A stretch of 20,000 bases of DNA from an uncultured Planctomycetaceae bacterium (GTDB taxonomy: Bacteria > Planctomycetota > Planctomycetia > Planctomycetales > Planctomycetaceae): the NCBI GenBank assembly GCA_963976765.1, contig CAXBME010000008.1, forward strand, positions 235,460 to 255,459, given 5' to 3'. Below, one piece after another: positions 8,701 through 17,348 of the stretch (position 1 is its first letter; each line of letters starts with the position of its first letter). Position numbers and translations under genes: made by a program. The notes below the pieces were generated by a model. It did not search any database, was not told where the DNA came from, and worked only from the letters and a program-made list of their open reading frames with translations.

Positions 8701-11700
8701 GCGTGTCCGCTCCGCCATTGCCATTGAGGATATTCGCGTTTGCGTCTCCTGTCAGTGTGTCGGCAGCAGTTCCACCCGTGACGTTCTCGATTCCGCTGAT
8801 ACTGATGGATCTGGTTGCATCTGACGCAGTACCTGCTGTTAAGCTGGCGGTCACGGCAGTCGTGAAGTCAGAAAAATCAAGATGATCAACGCCCTCGCCG
8901 CCGTACATACTGCCTGGCAGAGTCGCGACATCCTTATCAAGCACAAAGGTGTCGTCGCTGCTACCTCCCTGCAGAGTCTCAATTTCTTTGAACGTCGTCA
9001 CCGTGTTGATCTTGCCCTGGTTCGAGGCGGATGGCTCACCAATGATCTCCCACGTATTCTCCTCGTCAGGAGCGATCAGCGTGTCGTTACCGCTGTTGCC
9101 AACGGCTCGATCTGTACCGGTTCCAATGTACAACAGATCGTCGTCGCTACCGCCGAGCAATGAATCGTTTCCGGCATTTCCGTAAAGCGTATCATCCCCG
9201 GCCTTCCCATTGATCACATCATTACCGGGACCACCGATCAACACATTATCGCCACTGTCACCGGTGATTGTATCGTTCCCTGTGCCACCTGTGAGATGCT
9301 CGATATCTGAGAGACTGCCGATGCCGGTAGCTGTCTGCGTCGTATCCAGATTCAGTGCTACCTCAGTTGTCCAAGCAGCATAGCTAAGAGTGTCATCGTC
9401 CGCTCCAGAGCCACCGCCGTCGATTGAACCCGTCCAGATGTCCGGTGAGCCACCTGTGTCGTGCTCCATGATCCGGAATTCGTCGTCACCCGCTCCACCG
9501 ATCAGCGATTCGATTCCGTTGAACTGAATGGTCCCATGACCATGCAGTGTGCCTGCATCATTGTCAGTGATGGTCCACACCCAGGGGGCAGTGGTGGGTG
9601 CATTGATGATCGACAGCGAATCATTTCCGGAATCACCGTTGAAGATCAGCTGGCCTCCAGCCGGAACAGGATTACCGCCCGAGTAATCAATTCTCAGAGC
9701 ACTGCCGCCACTGTCAGCATTGACCACAATCTGCATAAACGGTGTCAGCGCCCTCGTTTCAATCTCGGTACCCGTGTCGGACTCCTTAAGGCGTACCTTC
9801 GCGACGTCATTATCGAGAATCCGCACCAGCGTGATGCCGCCATTCCAGTCGTCCATGTCCAGATCTGGCTCCCACACGTTCGCATCGGGGATCAGGTTTA
9901 CAACGTACGTGCTGACCTCATTCTGGAACTCATCCCAGGTGCTGGAAAACATCAACTGAGTTCCGTCCGGTGAGGCTACGACGTGTGCCTGGTCGTCGTA
10001 ATTGATCAGGCCACCCGCATGATTCGTGCGGTGCTGGACGATGCTGACTGTTCCGTACTGGACAACGCCGGATGCGCTGCCGTACTCGCCATCCGGGTTG
10101 TCCAGATCGATCGCGATGATTTCGCCGTCGTATTTCGTGCCCGTGTTGGTGTCACCCGGCTCCCAGCCGGAATACGACACAAACACATAACCGGGATTGT
10201 CGTAGTTCGTGGCTGTCAGATGGCTGAAGCCCGCCTCGTTATCAGGATCGGTCAGTGACTTGTAGGACGAATCGGTCAGATTCAGCCCCAGAATGGCTCC
10301 GACCAGATCGTCGGCATCGGCCCGTGTTTCGACGCCACTGGACGGTTCCCAGTTATTCCAGTGTCCCGAGCCACTGACCAGATAGACGTCTCCACTGCGT
10401 GCCACGGCAAACGCCGGGTGATCTGCCGAGTACGGCAGATACCCGAGTGCCAGTGCAGAATCCGGCAGACTTCCGGTGACATTGGGATCAAACTGTGCCG
10501 GTGTGCCTGTGTAACCTCCAGTCGTGCGTACGACCGGAACATCATACGGAGTGATCACGCCGGTTTCATAATCAATCTGCAGCAAGCGACTGATCGTATA
10601 TCCGCCGTTGCCATCGTTGTACGACGCCAGAAAATAGCTGCCTTCGGGTGAGAAGTAATTCCCGACACGACTGACGTTTTCCGGATCGGATCCGTAGGGG
10701 TATCCAGACTCGTCACCACTGAGTTGGAATGAGGCGGTGATGACGGCATCATTTTCTCTGTCATCATTGTCCCAGATCGAGTCCGTCAGATTGACTATGT
10801 AGAGATACACATCACCATCGTCGGCGGTACCGACGATTGCTGTGTATTCCCGCCCGTCGCGCCACGCGATCGATTCCTTGCCGGAATAGTCCATGTCGAA
10901 CGGAAGCGGCAGCGTTTCCTCAGAGGTTCCGTTGGTCGGATCAAATCGAACGATCTCTTCGTTTGCCGTACCTGTATTGAAGCCGTATTGCAGTGCGGCC
11001 TGATCCGGATCGCGGCTCCATCGCCAGATCCCGTTATCTACATCCGGCTCCGGCAGTGACGCTTCGTAAGTGGAGCCATCCAGCAGAAACCGCGTTTTGC
11101 TGCCTGACTGTGGATTGATGCTTTGCAGCATGATCTGGCTGCCATCCGCACTCCACGGAGAATCGGTGACATAACGGTTCTTGACGATCCCGTCCCAGAT
11201 GGTGTCAGTACCCGGTACCGCTACTGTACCGGCATCCCCGCTGATTCGCAGAATGCTGGTGCCGTAGGTCGCATCCGTCACACCGGCTTCCAGATAGCCG
11301 GGCTTTGCCACGTCAGCCGGAGCCCACTGTGGCGCGAACGGATTCAGAACTTCCTGAATCTCTTCTAATGGATCGTTCTCCGGATCCTCATCGACGAATT
11401 CGCGATCCGTAATAATATCCGTCTGGTCGCTCACGGTGTTCCACGAATCCGTGATGCCGTCATAGATCTGCTCGTCGGACACGATGAACCAGTCGAGTTC
11501 GTCGGGATCAGTGCCACCTGTCAGCACATTGACCGCGTAGTCATCGGACACCGTGGCATCCTGAGCGGTGCCATCCGCAGCAAACCGGCTGGCCTGCAGG
11601 AACTGGTTTTGCGTCGAATCTTCAAGTGCAGCGATCCCGGCGGCGTACGACCCGGCGCCGGCCCAGGTTGTCACGAGGTTGCCGAGAGCACCGGTCGAAT

Positions 11701-13840
11701 AACTCCTCAGCTCCGCACCAATCAGAATGTCAGCGTCGACACCACCGTCCAGCGTGTCGGCTCCATAACCGCCGACAATCAGATCGTGCCCGTCGCCACC
11801 GTACAGCTCGTCGTCACCCAGTTCACCCAGCAGCACATCGTTCGAGTCTCCACCGGTCAGCGTATCGTCACCGCCACCACCGCGCAGCGTGACTGCAATT
11901 GTTGTGGCTCCTGACGCATCCAGTTCGTTGGCCCCATCACCGCCCGACAGATCGGCCCCTTCAACACTGGTGAGAGTATCCGTCTCGATGAGAGTTCGCC
12001 CACTATCGGCGTCGTGCAGTTCGAGAGCTGAGTTCGTTACAGTGAAATGTAGATTCGTTGATTCCACGACACGGTCAGTATCGGCCTCGCCATCAATGCT
12101 GTCCGCGCCATCTCCACCTGTCAGGGCATCGTCCCCATCCCCACCCTTAAGCGTGTCTGCGCCTGCACCACCAATCAGAGTGTCGGCAGCATTTTTGCCC
12201 TCCAGCAAATCGTTGCCACTGCCACCCGTCAGAGTGTCGTTACCGGCGGAACCGTTGAGCGTTACGTTCCCGGAAAATCCCGAAGCATCCAGTGCATTGT
12301 CCGACCCGCCACCCGTGATCGCTGCCTCTTCAAAGGCACCACCTCCGCCAGACAAAGTGTCCGTCACCAGAGTGTCTGTGCCGGTCAATGAACTGAACAA
12401 CGAACTGCTGGTCAGCGTGAAATCCACATCGCCCGATTCGACGATACGATCTGTCCCGGCTGTAGATATGATCGTGTCGTTCCCTGTACCGCCGGTCAGA
12501 ACATTTGTTTGGCCACTTTGATCACCACCCTTCAACGTGTCGTCACCGCCGCCACCGTCGAGCGTCACACTCGCTCCAGTGACCGTGAATGCGGACGCGT
12601 CCAGATCGTTAGCCGACGCACCCCCGGTCAGATAAACCTCTTCAAAATCACCACTTCCAGATACCGTGTCCACCACCAGCGTGTCTGTGCCAGATGACGT
12701 GGTTGCCAGCGAGGTCCTGGTCAACGTGAAATCATCGTCCAGCGATTCGACGATGCGATCAGTACCGTCTGTGGATGTGATCGTGTCATTCCCAGCCCCG
12801 CCAGTTAAAAAATTCGTCATCCCGCTTAAGTCGCCACCAATAAGTGTGTCTGCACCAGAACCACCGATGAGAGTCACACTTCCACCTGATACTGTGAACG
12901 CAGACGCGTCCAGTGTCACACCGCCCGAAGCGCCGGTTAGACTTGCCCGTTCAAGACTTCCTGCGGAACCGATAACACTGTCTGTACCGGATGTGCCCAT
13001 CAGACTACTGGTGGTCAGAGTGAATCCACCGGACGCCGCCACCTCGATCAGTTGATCTGTGCCCCCGCCAGGATTGAATGTATCCGATCCAGCATTCCCC
13101 GTGAGCGAGTCATTTCCCGAGTTGCCAGTCAGCAGGTCATCACCGGAACCACCCACGAGTGAATCGGCACCGTTGTTTCCGATCAGTGTTACATTACCCG
13201 CTGTGAACGTGCAGGCATCCAGCGTGTCATCGCCTGATCCGCCCGTCAGGCTGGCTGCTTCAATTCCGGAAAGTGTGTCATCGCCGAACCCTGAGAGTAG
13301 TGCGTTTGAAAGTTGAAAACTGATGCCGGTCGAACCGGAATACGTTTCTATGATGAGGTCGGTACCAGTGCCCCCGTCGATCGAATCGTCGAACTCGCTG
13401 CCGGTAATCGTGTCGTCCCCATCTCCCGCCATGATGGAGACGTTCGTCAATGACGTGAAATCCGCGAGCTTCACTTCGGCGAGATTGAACGTCTGGTTAG
13501 CCGAACTTCCAGTATTGACGACTGAGATTGTCTCTACATCGGTCTTGAGAACCGTTGTACCGCTCATGCTATTGATTACATCACTGGATCCATTGTTTAC
13601 AAGAACATAAGAACCGTCAGTGCCCACGATCACAATATCGCTATCGGCAGATGAATAGATAGTAAGCACTGGATCGGTCCAGTCCACCGTCACTGTCAGC
13701 ATCACGCGGCTCTCAAAAACTTCGGCAGTTCTTCCAACTAATGGAACACTTTCAACTGCGGCGAAGACCTGCCCCTTTCGGCGTTTTGAACATGAGGCCC
13801 GAAGACGTCGCAAGACATGCTGAATCCAATCGATCTTCAT
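5765..13840 (-). CDS. Giant (~2690 aa) secreted Ca-binding RTX/hemolysin-type repeat protein with planctomycete-type leader and an internal propeller-like domain
   Basis: Dozens of GGxGxDxLx nonapeptides; basic leader ending AEVFESRVMLT; non-repetitive core at about 9890-11330. ATG at 13840 follows AAGGA (ORF track extends to 13891). Confidence 0.9.
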   Translation of the reverse strand: MKIDWIQHVLRRLRASCSKRRKGQVFAAVESVPLVGRTAEVFESRVMLTVTVDWTDPVLTIYSSADSDIVIVGTDGSYVLVNNGSSDVINSMSGTTVLKTDVETISVVNTGSSANQTFNLAEVKLADFTSLTNVSIMAGDGDDTITGSEFDDSIDGGTGTDLIIETYSGSTGISFQLSNALLSGFGDDTLSGIEAASLTGGSGDDTLDACTFTAGNVTLIGNNGADSLVGGSGDDLLTGNSGNDSLTGNAGSDTFNPGGGTDQLIEVAASGGFTLTTSSLMGTSGTDSVIGSAGSLERASLTGASGGVTLDASAFTVSGGSVTLIGGSGADTLIGGDLSGMTNFLTGGAGNDTITSTDGTDRIVESLDDDFTLTRTSLATTSSGTDTLVVDTVSGSGDFEEVYLTGGASANDLDASAFTVTGASVTLDGGGGDDTLKGGDQSGQTNVLTGGTGNDTIISTAGTDRIVESGDVDFTLTSSSLFSSLTGTDTLVTDTLSGGGGAFEEAAITGGGSDNALDASGFSGNVTLNGSAGNDTLTGGSGNDLLEGKNAADTLIGGAGADTLKGGDGDDALTGGDGADSIDGEADTDRVVESTNLHFTVTNSALELHDADSGRTLIETDTLTSVEGADLSGGDGANELDASGATTIAVTLRGGGGDDTLTGGDSNDVLLGELGDDELYGGDGHDLIVGGYGADTLDGGVDADILIGAELRSYSTGALGNLVTTWAGAGSYAAGIAALEDSTQNQFLQASRFAADGTAQDATVSDDYAVNVLTGGTDPDELDWFIVSDEQIYDGITDSWNTVSDQTDIITDREFVDEDPENDPLEEIQEVLNPFAPQWAPADVAKPGYLEAGVTDATYGTSILRISGDAGTVAVPGTDTIWDGIVKNRYVTDSPWSADGSQIMLQSINPQSGSKTRFLLDGSTYEASLPEPDVDNGIWRWSRDPDQAALQYGFNTGTANEEIVRFDPTNGTSEETLPLPFDMDYSGKESIAWRDGREYTAIVGTADDGDVYLYIVNLTDSIWDNDDRENDAVITASFQLSGDESGYPYGSDPENVSRVGNYFSPEGSYFLASYNDGNGGYTISRLLQIDYETGVITPYDVPVVRTTGGYTGTPAQFDPNVTGSLPDSALALGYLPYSADHPAFAVARSGDVYLVSGSGHWNNWEPSSGVETRADADDLVGAILGLNLTDSSYKSLTDPDNEAGFSHLTATNYDNPGYVFVSYSGWEPGDTNTGTKYDGEIIAIDLDNPDGEYGSASGVVQYGTVSIVQHRTNHAGGLINYDDQAHVVASPDGTQLMFSSTWDEFQNEVSTYVVNLIPDANVWEPDLDMDDWNGGITLVRILDNDVAKVRLKESDTGTEIETRALTPFMQIVVNADSGGSALRIDYSGGNPVPAGGQLIFNGDSGNDSLSIINAPTTAPWVWTITDNDAGTLHGHGTIQFNGIESLIGGAGDDEFRIMEHDTGGSPDIWTGSIDGGGSGADDDTLSYAAWTTEVALNLDTTQTATGIGSLSDIEHLTGGTGNDTITGDSGDNVLIGGPGNDVINGKAGDDTLYGNAGNDSLLGGSDDDLLYIGTGTDRAVGNSGNDTLIAPDEENTWEIIGEPSASNQGKINTVTTFKEIETLQGGSSDDTFVLDKDVATLPGSMYGGEGVDHLDFSDFTTAVTASLTAGTASDATRSISISGIENVTGGTAADTLTGDANANILNGNGGADTLIGLAGDDTYVISTDATISIDETTLAGTSDAGGSDTLSYAAFTSSAVDVDLTSSAPYVTFIDSSLPLIENVIGGGGNDTLTGNSGDNILNGGGGNDSLSGGDGNDWLIGGDGGDTIDGGDDNDTVDGGAGNDSLNGNNGNDWLILDSTDTDDTINGGAGTDTLDYSNFESGVEFDLGMTSATGTNDANLTTIEAVIGGSGNDTLTGSSSAEEFWGGAGNDCISGGDGNDTIHGDSGDDWLIGGDGNDTYSFTDNPGTDMVVEVTSEGTDTLDFSAATQSVEFKINADTITATMGTDIVTHTGAGSVSFIESLVGGSGDDVFKFDMAVTSPSFEIDGGAKGSLAGGDGNDWVDYSKATAGQSIDLTSSLPGAGSFSDIENVIGSNSADTITGNSADNVLNGKDGNDSILGGTGDDTLLGGIGDDTLVGGDDDDVLNGQADNDSLTGGNEDDEFVYSSGTDTIDGGAGDNTIRASDETDAVSWAITASNAGTVSGTNGTATFSYIANLIGGYGNDTFDFSDGVGVSGSIAGGSGTDWLDYSDYTSTVTVDLANGTATGTSGISDIERINGGSVADTLTGDRNRNRIEGGAGNDTLNGGLWDDSLNGNGDADSLQGADGDDTLLGGAGNDVLDGGDGDDRLTGQSGNDSLTGGDGDDIVVETGSGSSPLTIAITDSSLSGFGTDTLNSDIEQASLTGASGADSLTATSFSGVVTLNGAGGDDTLNGTANNDLLLGAGGNDSISADAGDDTISGGSGNDYIIGWSGTDVLFETAGSGNDTITLTNTSMSGALGDDTLTTVERAELWGGDGDDTISAASFSGSVTLVGGDGDDSLTGTPLNDSLLGGRGDDSLYGSNGNDTINGGAGDDSLVGSFGDDRIAGHTGDDTITGDDGDDVLVGGAGADTLSGGDDNDFLIGDDVYLVDGSHDSSDAGVDSVAGDADTDTVSGGGDDTDTLSGETTDEEFNLFESFSSENFAWIDAV

Positions 13841-14208
13841 GTTCATTTCCTTCAGTGAATTGCTTGAAAGATACGCCAAAACGATGTTCAAGTGGATGTG
13901 TGATCGTATCTGTTCGTTATATTTTCAAGCGTACCCATGCAATTTAAGTCAAAGATGATACTGGGTCAGGTGTTCACAATGACTGCTTTCTGTGGTCAGT
14001 GCATGAAATCAACAGTTATCGATCTGTCATTATCAGTCATCTCATTTATCCGCACATTCCGCCTAATCTGAACTCGACACAGGATCATGTTCAAGAACGG
14101 ATTCGCGCTGAACCGATGAGAATCAATACGATAAATTGATCGCGTCAGACGCAGGCACAAGCTGTGTTTTGTGGCACTGGACTCAGGCAAGGAAGCGGAG
14201 TCGATACC

Positions 14209-16968
14209 ATGCGGATTCAATTACCAGGACGGTTGTTGCGATTGGGTTCGCGAAGACGGCGAGTCTCGCAGAAGCGACAGCCTCACACTGCCAGCGCTGC
14301 AGCACAGATTCAGTGCCTGGACTCGCGTGTTCTGCTTTCAGCAGTCACCGGTGGCACAGGTACTTTCGTGGACTCGGGACAAACGCAGGAGTCATACTGG
14401 TCAGTGTCGCTAGGGGATCTCAATGGGGATGGCAGCATTGATGCCTTTGTTTCGAACCGCTATGTCGCGTTGGATGGAGCCATCAGTGGGGCCAACAGCG
14501 TCGTTTTGAACGATGGCACAGGAAATTTTGCTGCCGGCGATCAGATTCACAATGATTTGCAGACCAATGCTAATCGCTCGGTACTTGGTGACATCGATGG
14601 TGATGGAGACCTTGATGCGTTTCTAATTGGTGGCGCTTTCGACAATCGCATCCTGTTGAACGACGGAACTGGTGGTTTTCAATACAGCGGCCAATCACTT
14701 GGGCCGTCCGCTCGAAATATCGCCGTAGGCGATCTGGACGGAGACGGCGATCTGGATGCCTTCGTGATTCACGCTGGTTATATCGACATTTTCGTTCCCG
14801 ATTTCAATCAGGTGTGGCTCAATGACGGAACGGGAAATTTCGAACCCGGCAGTGTCTACAGCTCAACTGCAAATATTCAGGATATTTCGCTGGCTGATTT
14901 TGATGGGGATGGTGACCTTGATGCACTGATAGGTGGTGATGGCAATTCAGACAGGCTCTGGCTCAATGATGGAAACGCTGGGTTTACTGATTCCGGGACA
15001 GTGGGACCAGCTTCGCCCGTTAGAGTCGTCGTTGGCGATGTTAATGGGGACCAGACTCCGGATCTGCTGTTCACAGATTTTCCAAATCAGACGCAGGTCT
15101 GGCTGAACGATGGAAATGGCAACTTTTCGGATAGCGGGAATCGGCTAGGAAGTGGATTCGAAACAAGAATCGCGTTAGGTGACCTGGACGCAGATGGTGA
15201 CCTGGATGCAGTTCTCGGCGGTTCTAACGATCCTGAGACGGTCTGGCTGAATAACGGAACCGGCGCCTTTTCTTTCACCGGCCAGGTACTCACCGGGGTG
15301 GGGACAACCTCCATTGAACTTGCCGACCTGGACGGCGATGGCGATCTCGATCTTTTCTCAGCAGCACGTGAAAATGGTATATCGCGGATCTGGCTGAATC
15401 AGGATCAGCCGGTGGTGGATCAGGTGGATCTACCGGATGGCGGTGGGACGTTTGAAATGCTGGTCGATGCCGGTGATCTGGTCGTCCGCGAGCAGGGAGG
15501 CGACGAACTGTTCCGTCAGGCACAGACTGACGTGCCGCGTTTGCTAATCAATGGCGGCGAAGGCGATGACACACTGATCGTTGACTTCAGTGGCGGTAAT
15601 CCGATTCCTGTGTCCCGTCTGGATTTTCACGCGGGCGGACAGTCGAGCGGAGATGCTTTAATCCTGGGCAGCGGCTCGGTCGGTTCGGTCAGTCACAGCT
15701 TCACCAGCGACACCGATGGCAGCGTAATCATTGACGGAGCGATGATTGCTTACACTGGCGTGGAACCAGTCACGGACGGTCTGACAGCCGATCGTCGATA
15801 CTTCACGTATGGGGCGGCGGCGGATGACGTCACGCTGGAAGATAATGGGGCCACTGGCGATGGCATCAGCCGTATTGCCAATGCCACCAGCGGACGAACC
15901 ATTGATTTCGCCAATCCATCGGAACGTCTGCAGATTCTGACCGGGCTCGGTGATGACACACTGACACTGACGGCGGTCGATTCACTGTTCACCGGAAATA
16001 TCCTCGCCAGCGGCAGCGACGGTAATGACTTCATAACAGCCGCGAACGATTTCCCAGCCGTGCAACTGTCCGGTAGCTCCGGTGATGACACATTGATTGG
16101 GAGCATGAATGACGACACGCTCATCGGCAGTGCGGGTGACGACATTCTCAATGGTCGCGGGGGCAACGACACGCTCACCGGTGTAGACGGAGATGACGTT
16201 CTGCTCGGTGGCTCCGGTCGCGATCTGCTGGAAGGCGGGAATGGAGCAGATCGTCTGCTTGGCCAGGGTGGCAACGATGACACGCTTATCGGAGGCAGCG
16301 GTGTTGACTCGTTTGATGGCGGTGCTGGGCGCGACTGGCTCATCAGTATCGTGAAAAGTAACGGAGTCCTGACTGACAACGAATTCACAGTCGATTCTGA
16401 CATCGAGTCAGTCAGTAGCATTGAAATGACTGAGTTGATTCAATTGAACATCACCAGTACGGCCATCAAAAATGCTCTCATTGATGCCAGCGGATTCAGC
16501 GGACACGTGACGCTGCGCGGCGGAGCAGGGAATGACACGCTGATCGGTGGATCAAATGACGATTCGCTGGAAGGCGGAGCCGGAAACGACAGCATCAGCG
16601 GTGGTGACGGACATGACTGGCTGGACGGCGGTGATGGAGACGACACGCTCAACGGCGGCAGCGGCAACGATTCGTTGTCCGGCGGATTCGGCAACGATGC
16701 AATCGCGGGGATGAGCGGCAACGACTGGCTCAACGGCAACCGCGACAATGATACGCTGCTGGGTGGCGAAGGCGACGACACACTGTTGGGAGGCGGTCAG
16801 GACGACACCCTGCTGGGCGAAGCCGGCGACGACTTCATCAAAGGCCATGACGGCAACGATCTCGTCAGCGGAGGCGGTCAGGGCAGCAGCGCTTCCGGCA
16901 ACGACACCGTCGATGGCGAAACCATCAACGACGCCTTCACCCTCGACGCCCCCTGGGCCGAAGTCTGA
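14209..16968 (+). CDS. Secreted FG-GAP/VCBS-repeat beta-propeller plus RTX Ca-binding repeat protein with planctomycete-type leader
   Basis: ATG at 14209 behind GGAG; leader SRRRR...IQCLDSRVLLS; seven (G/A)D-x-(D/N)-x-D-type repeats such as LGDIDGDGDLDAF; C-terminal GGxGxD repeats. Confidence 0.9.
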   Translation: MRIQLPGRLLRLGSRRRRVSQKRQPHTASAAAQIQCLDSRVLLSAVTGGTGTFVDSGQTQESYWSVSLGDLNGDGSIDAFVSNRYVALDGAISGANSVVLNDGTGNFAAGDQIHNDLQTNANRSVLGDIDGDGDLDAFLIGGAFDNRILLNDGTGGFQYSGQSLGPSARNIAVGDLDGDGDLDAFVIHAGYIDIFVPDFNQVWLNDGTGNFEPGSVYSSTANIQDISLADFDGDGDLDALIGGDGNSDRLWLNDGNAGFTDSGTVGPASPVRVVVGDVNGDQTPDLLFTDFPNQTQVWLNDGNGNFSDSGNRLGSGFETRIALGDLDADGDLDAVLGGSNDPETVWLNNGTGAFSFTGQVLTGVGTTSIELADLDGDGDLDLFSAARENGISRIWLNQDQPVVDQVDLPDGGGTFEMLVDAGDLVVREQGGDELFRQAQTDVPRLLINGGEGDDTLIVDFSGGNPIPVSRLDFHAGGQSSGDALILGSGSVGSVSHSFTSDTDGSVIIDGAMIAYTGVEPVTDGLTADRRYFTYGAAADDVTLEDNGATGDGISRIANATSGRTIDFANPSERLQILTGLGDDTLTLTAVDSLFTGNILASGSDGNDFITAANDFPAVQLSGSSGDDTLIGSMNDDTLIGSAGDDILNGRGGNDTLTGVDGDDVLLGGSGRDLLEGGNGADRLLGQGGNDDTLIGGSGVDSFDGGAGRDWLISIVKSNGVLTDNEFTVDSDIESVSSIEMTELIQLNITSTAIKNALIDASGFSGHVTLRGGAGNDTLIGGSNDDSLEGGAGNDSISGGDGHDWLDGGDGDDTLNGGSGNDSLSGGFGNDAIAGMSGNDWLNGNRDNDTLLGGEGDDTLLGGGQDDTLLGEAGDDFIKGHDGNDLVSGGGQGSSASGNDTVDGETINDAFTLDAPWAEV

Positions 16969-17348
16969 TCCGGTACGACGTTTTCCCTCGTTGGCCATGC
17001 TCCTGCTATTGGAAGCTGCCAAGTAACCATGACGCCGAGGCTCACATAATCCCCCGGCCCCGGATTCATGCGTGGAGTGACGCTTCTGCCGTCACCTGTT
17101 CGAACTCAGTTTTCCACTTGAGAAACTGGAAATCCTTCGCCAGATCGCCCGAGCGCGTTCAGGTCAGTCGAGTTTGTCGGTACTTCGCCGATTGACTGAT
17201 TTCAGTTGGCCCTAATAGTCCCACCCGCTTCCGTCAGGCGAGGCCTCCTGCTTGTCTTGCACGGGAAGTTCGTGCACTATACGCTCCCGCTGTATTGAAT
17301 TGGGTTCCGGTCCAACGGACAGACCGTGGAAATCGAAGGATCATTAGT

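Noticed and set aside
5848..13610. Many Ser/Pro-rich plus-strand ORFs
   Set aside because: These are antisense shadows of the Gly/Asp-rich RTX codons of the giant minus-strand gene.
5765..13840. Calling the giant protein an RTX toxin or hemolysin
   Set aside because: No pore-forming hydrophobic domain is recognisable and no acyltransferase or type I secretion genes are in the window; only the Ca-binding repeats are shared.
14172..14190. Sigma-54 promoter at TGGCAC upstream of the FG-GAP gene
   Set aside because: The -12 TTGC element is absent at the required spacing.
14877..17069. Minus-strand ORFs over the FG-GAP/RTX gene
   Set aside because: Same antisense shadow effect; no independent motifs.
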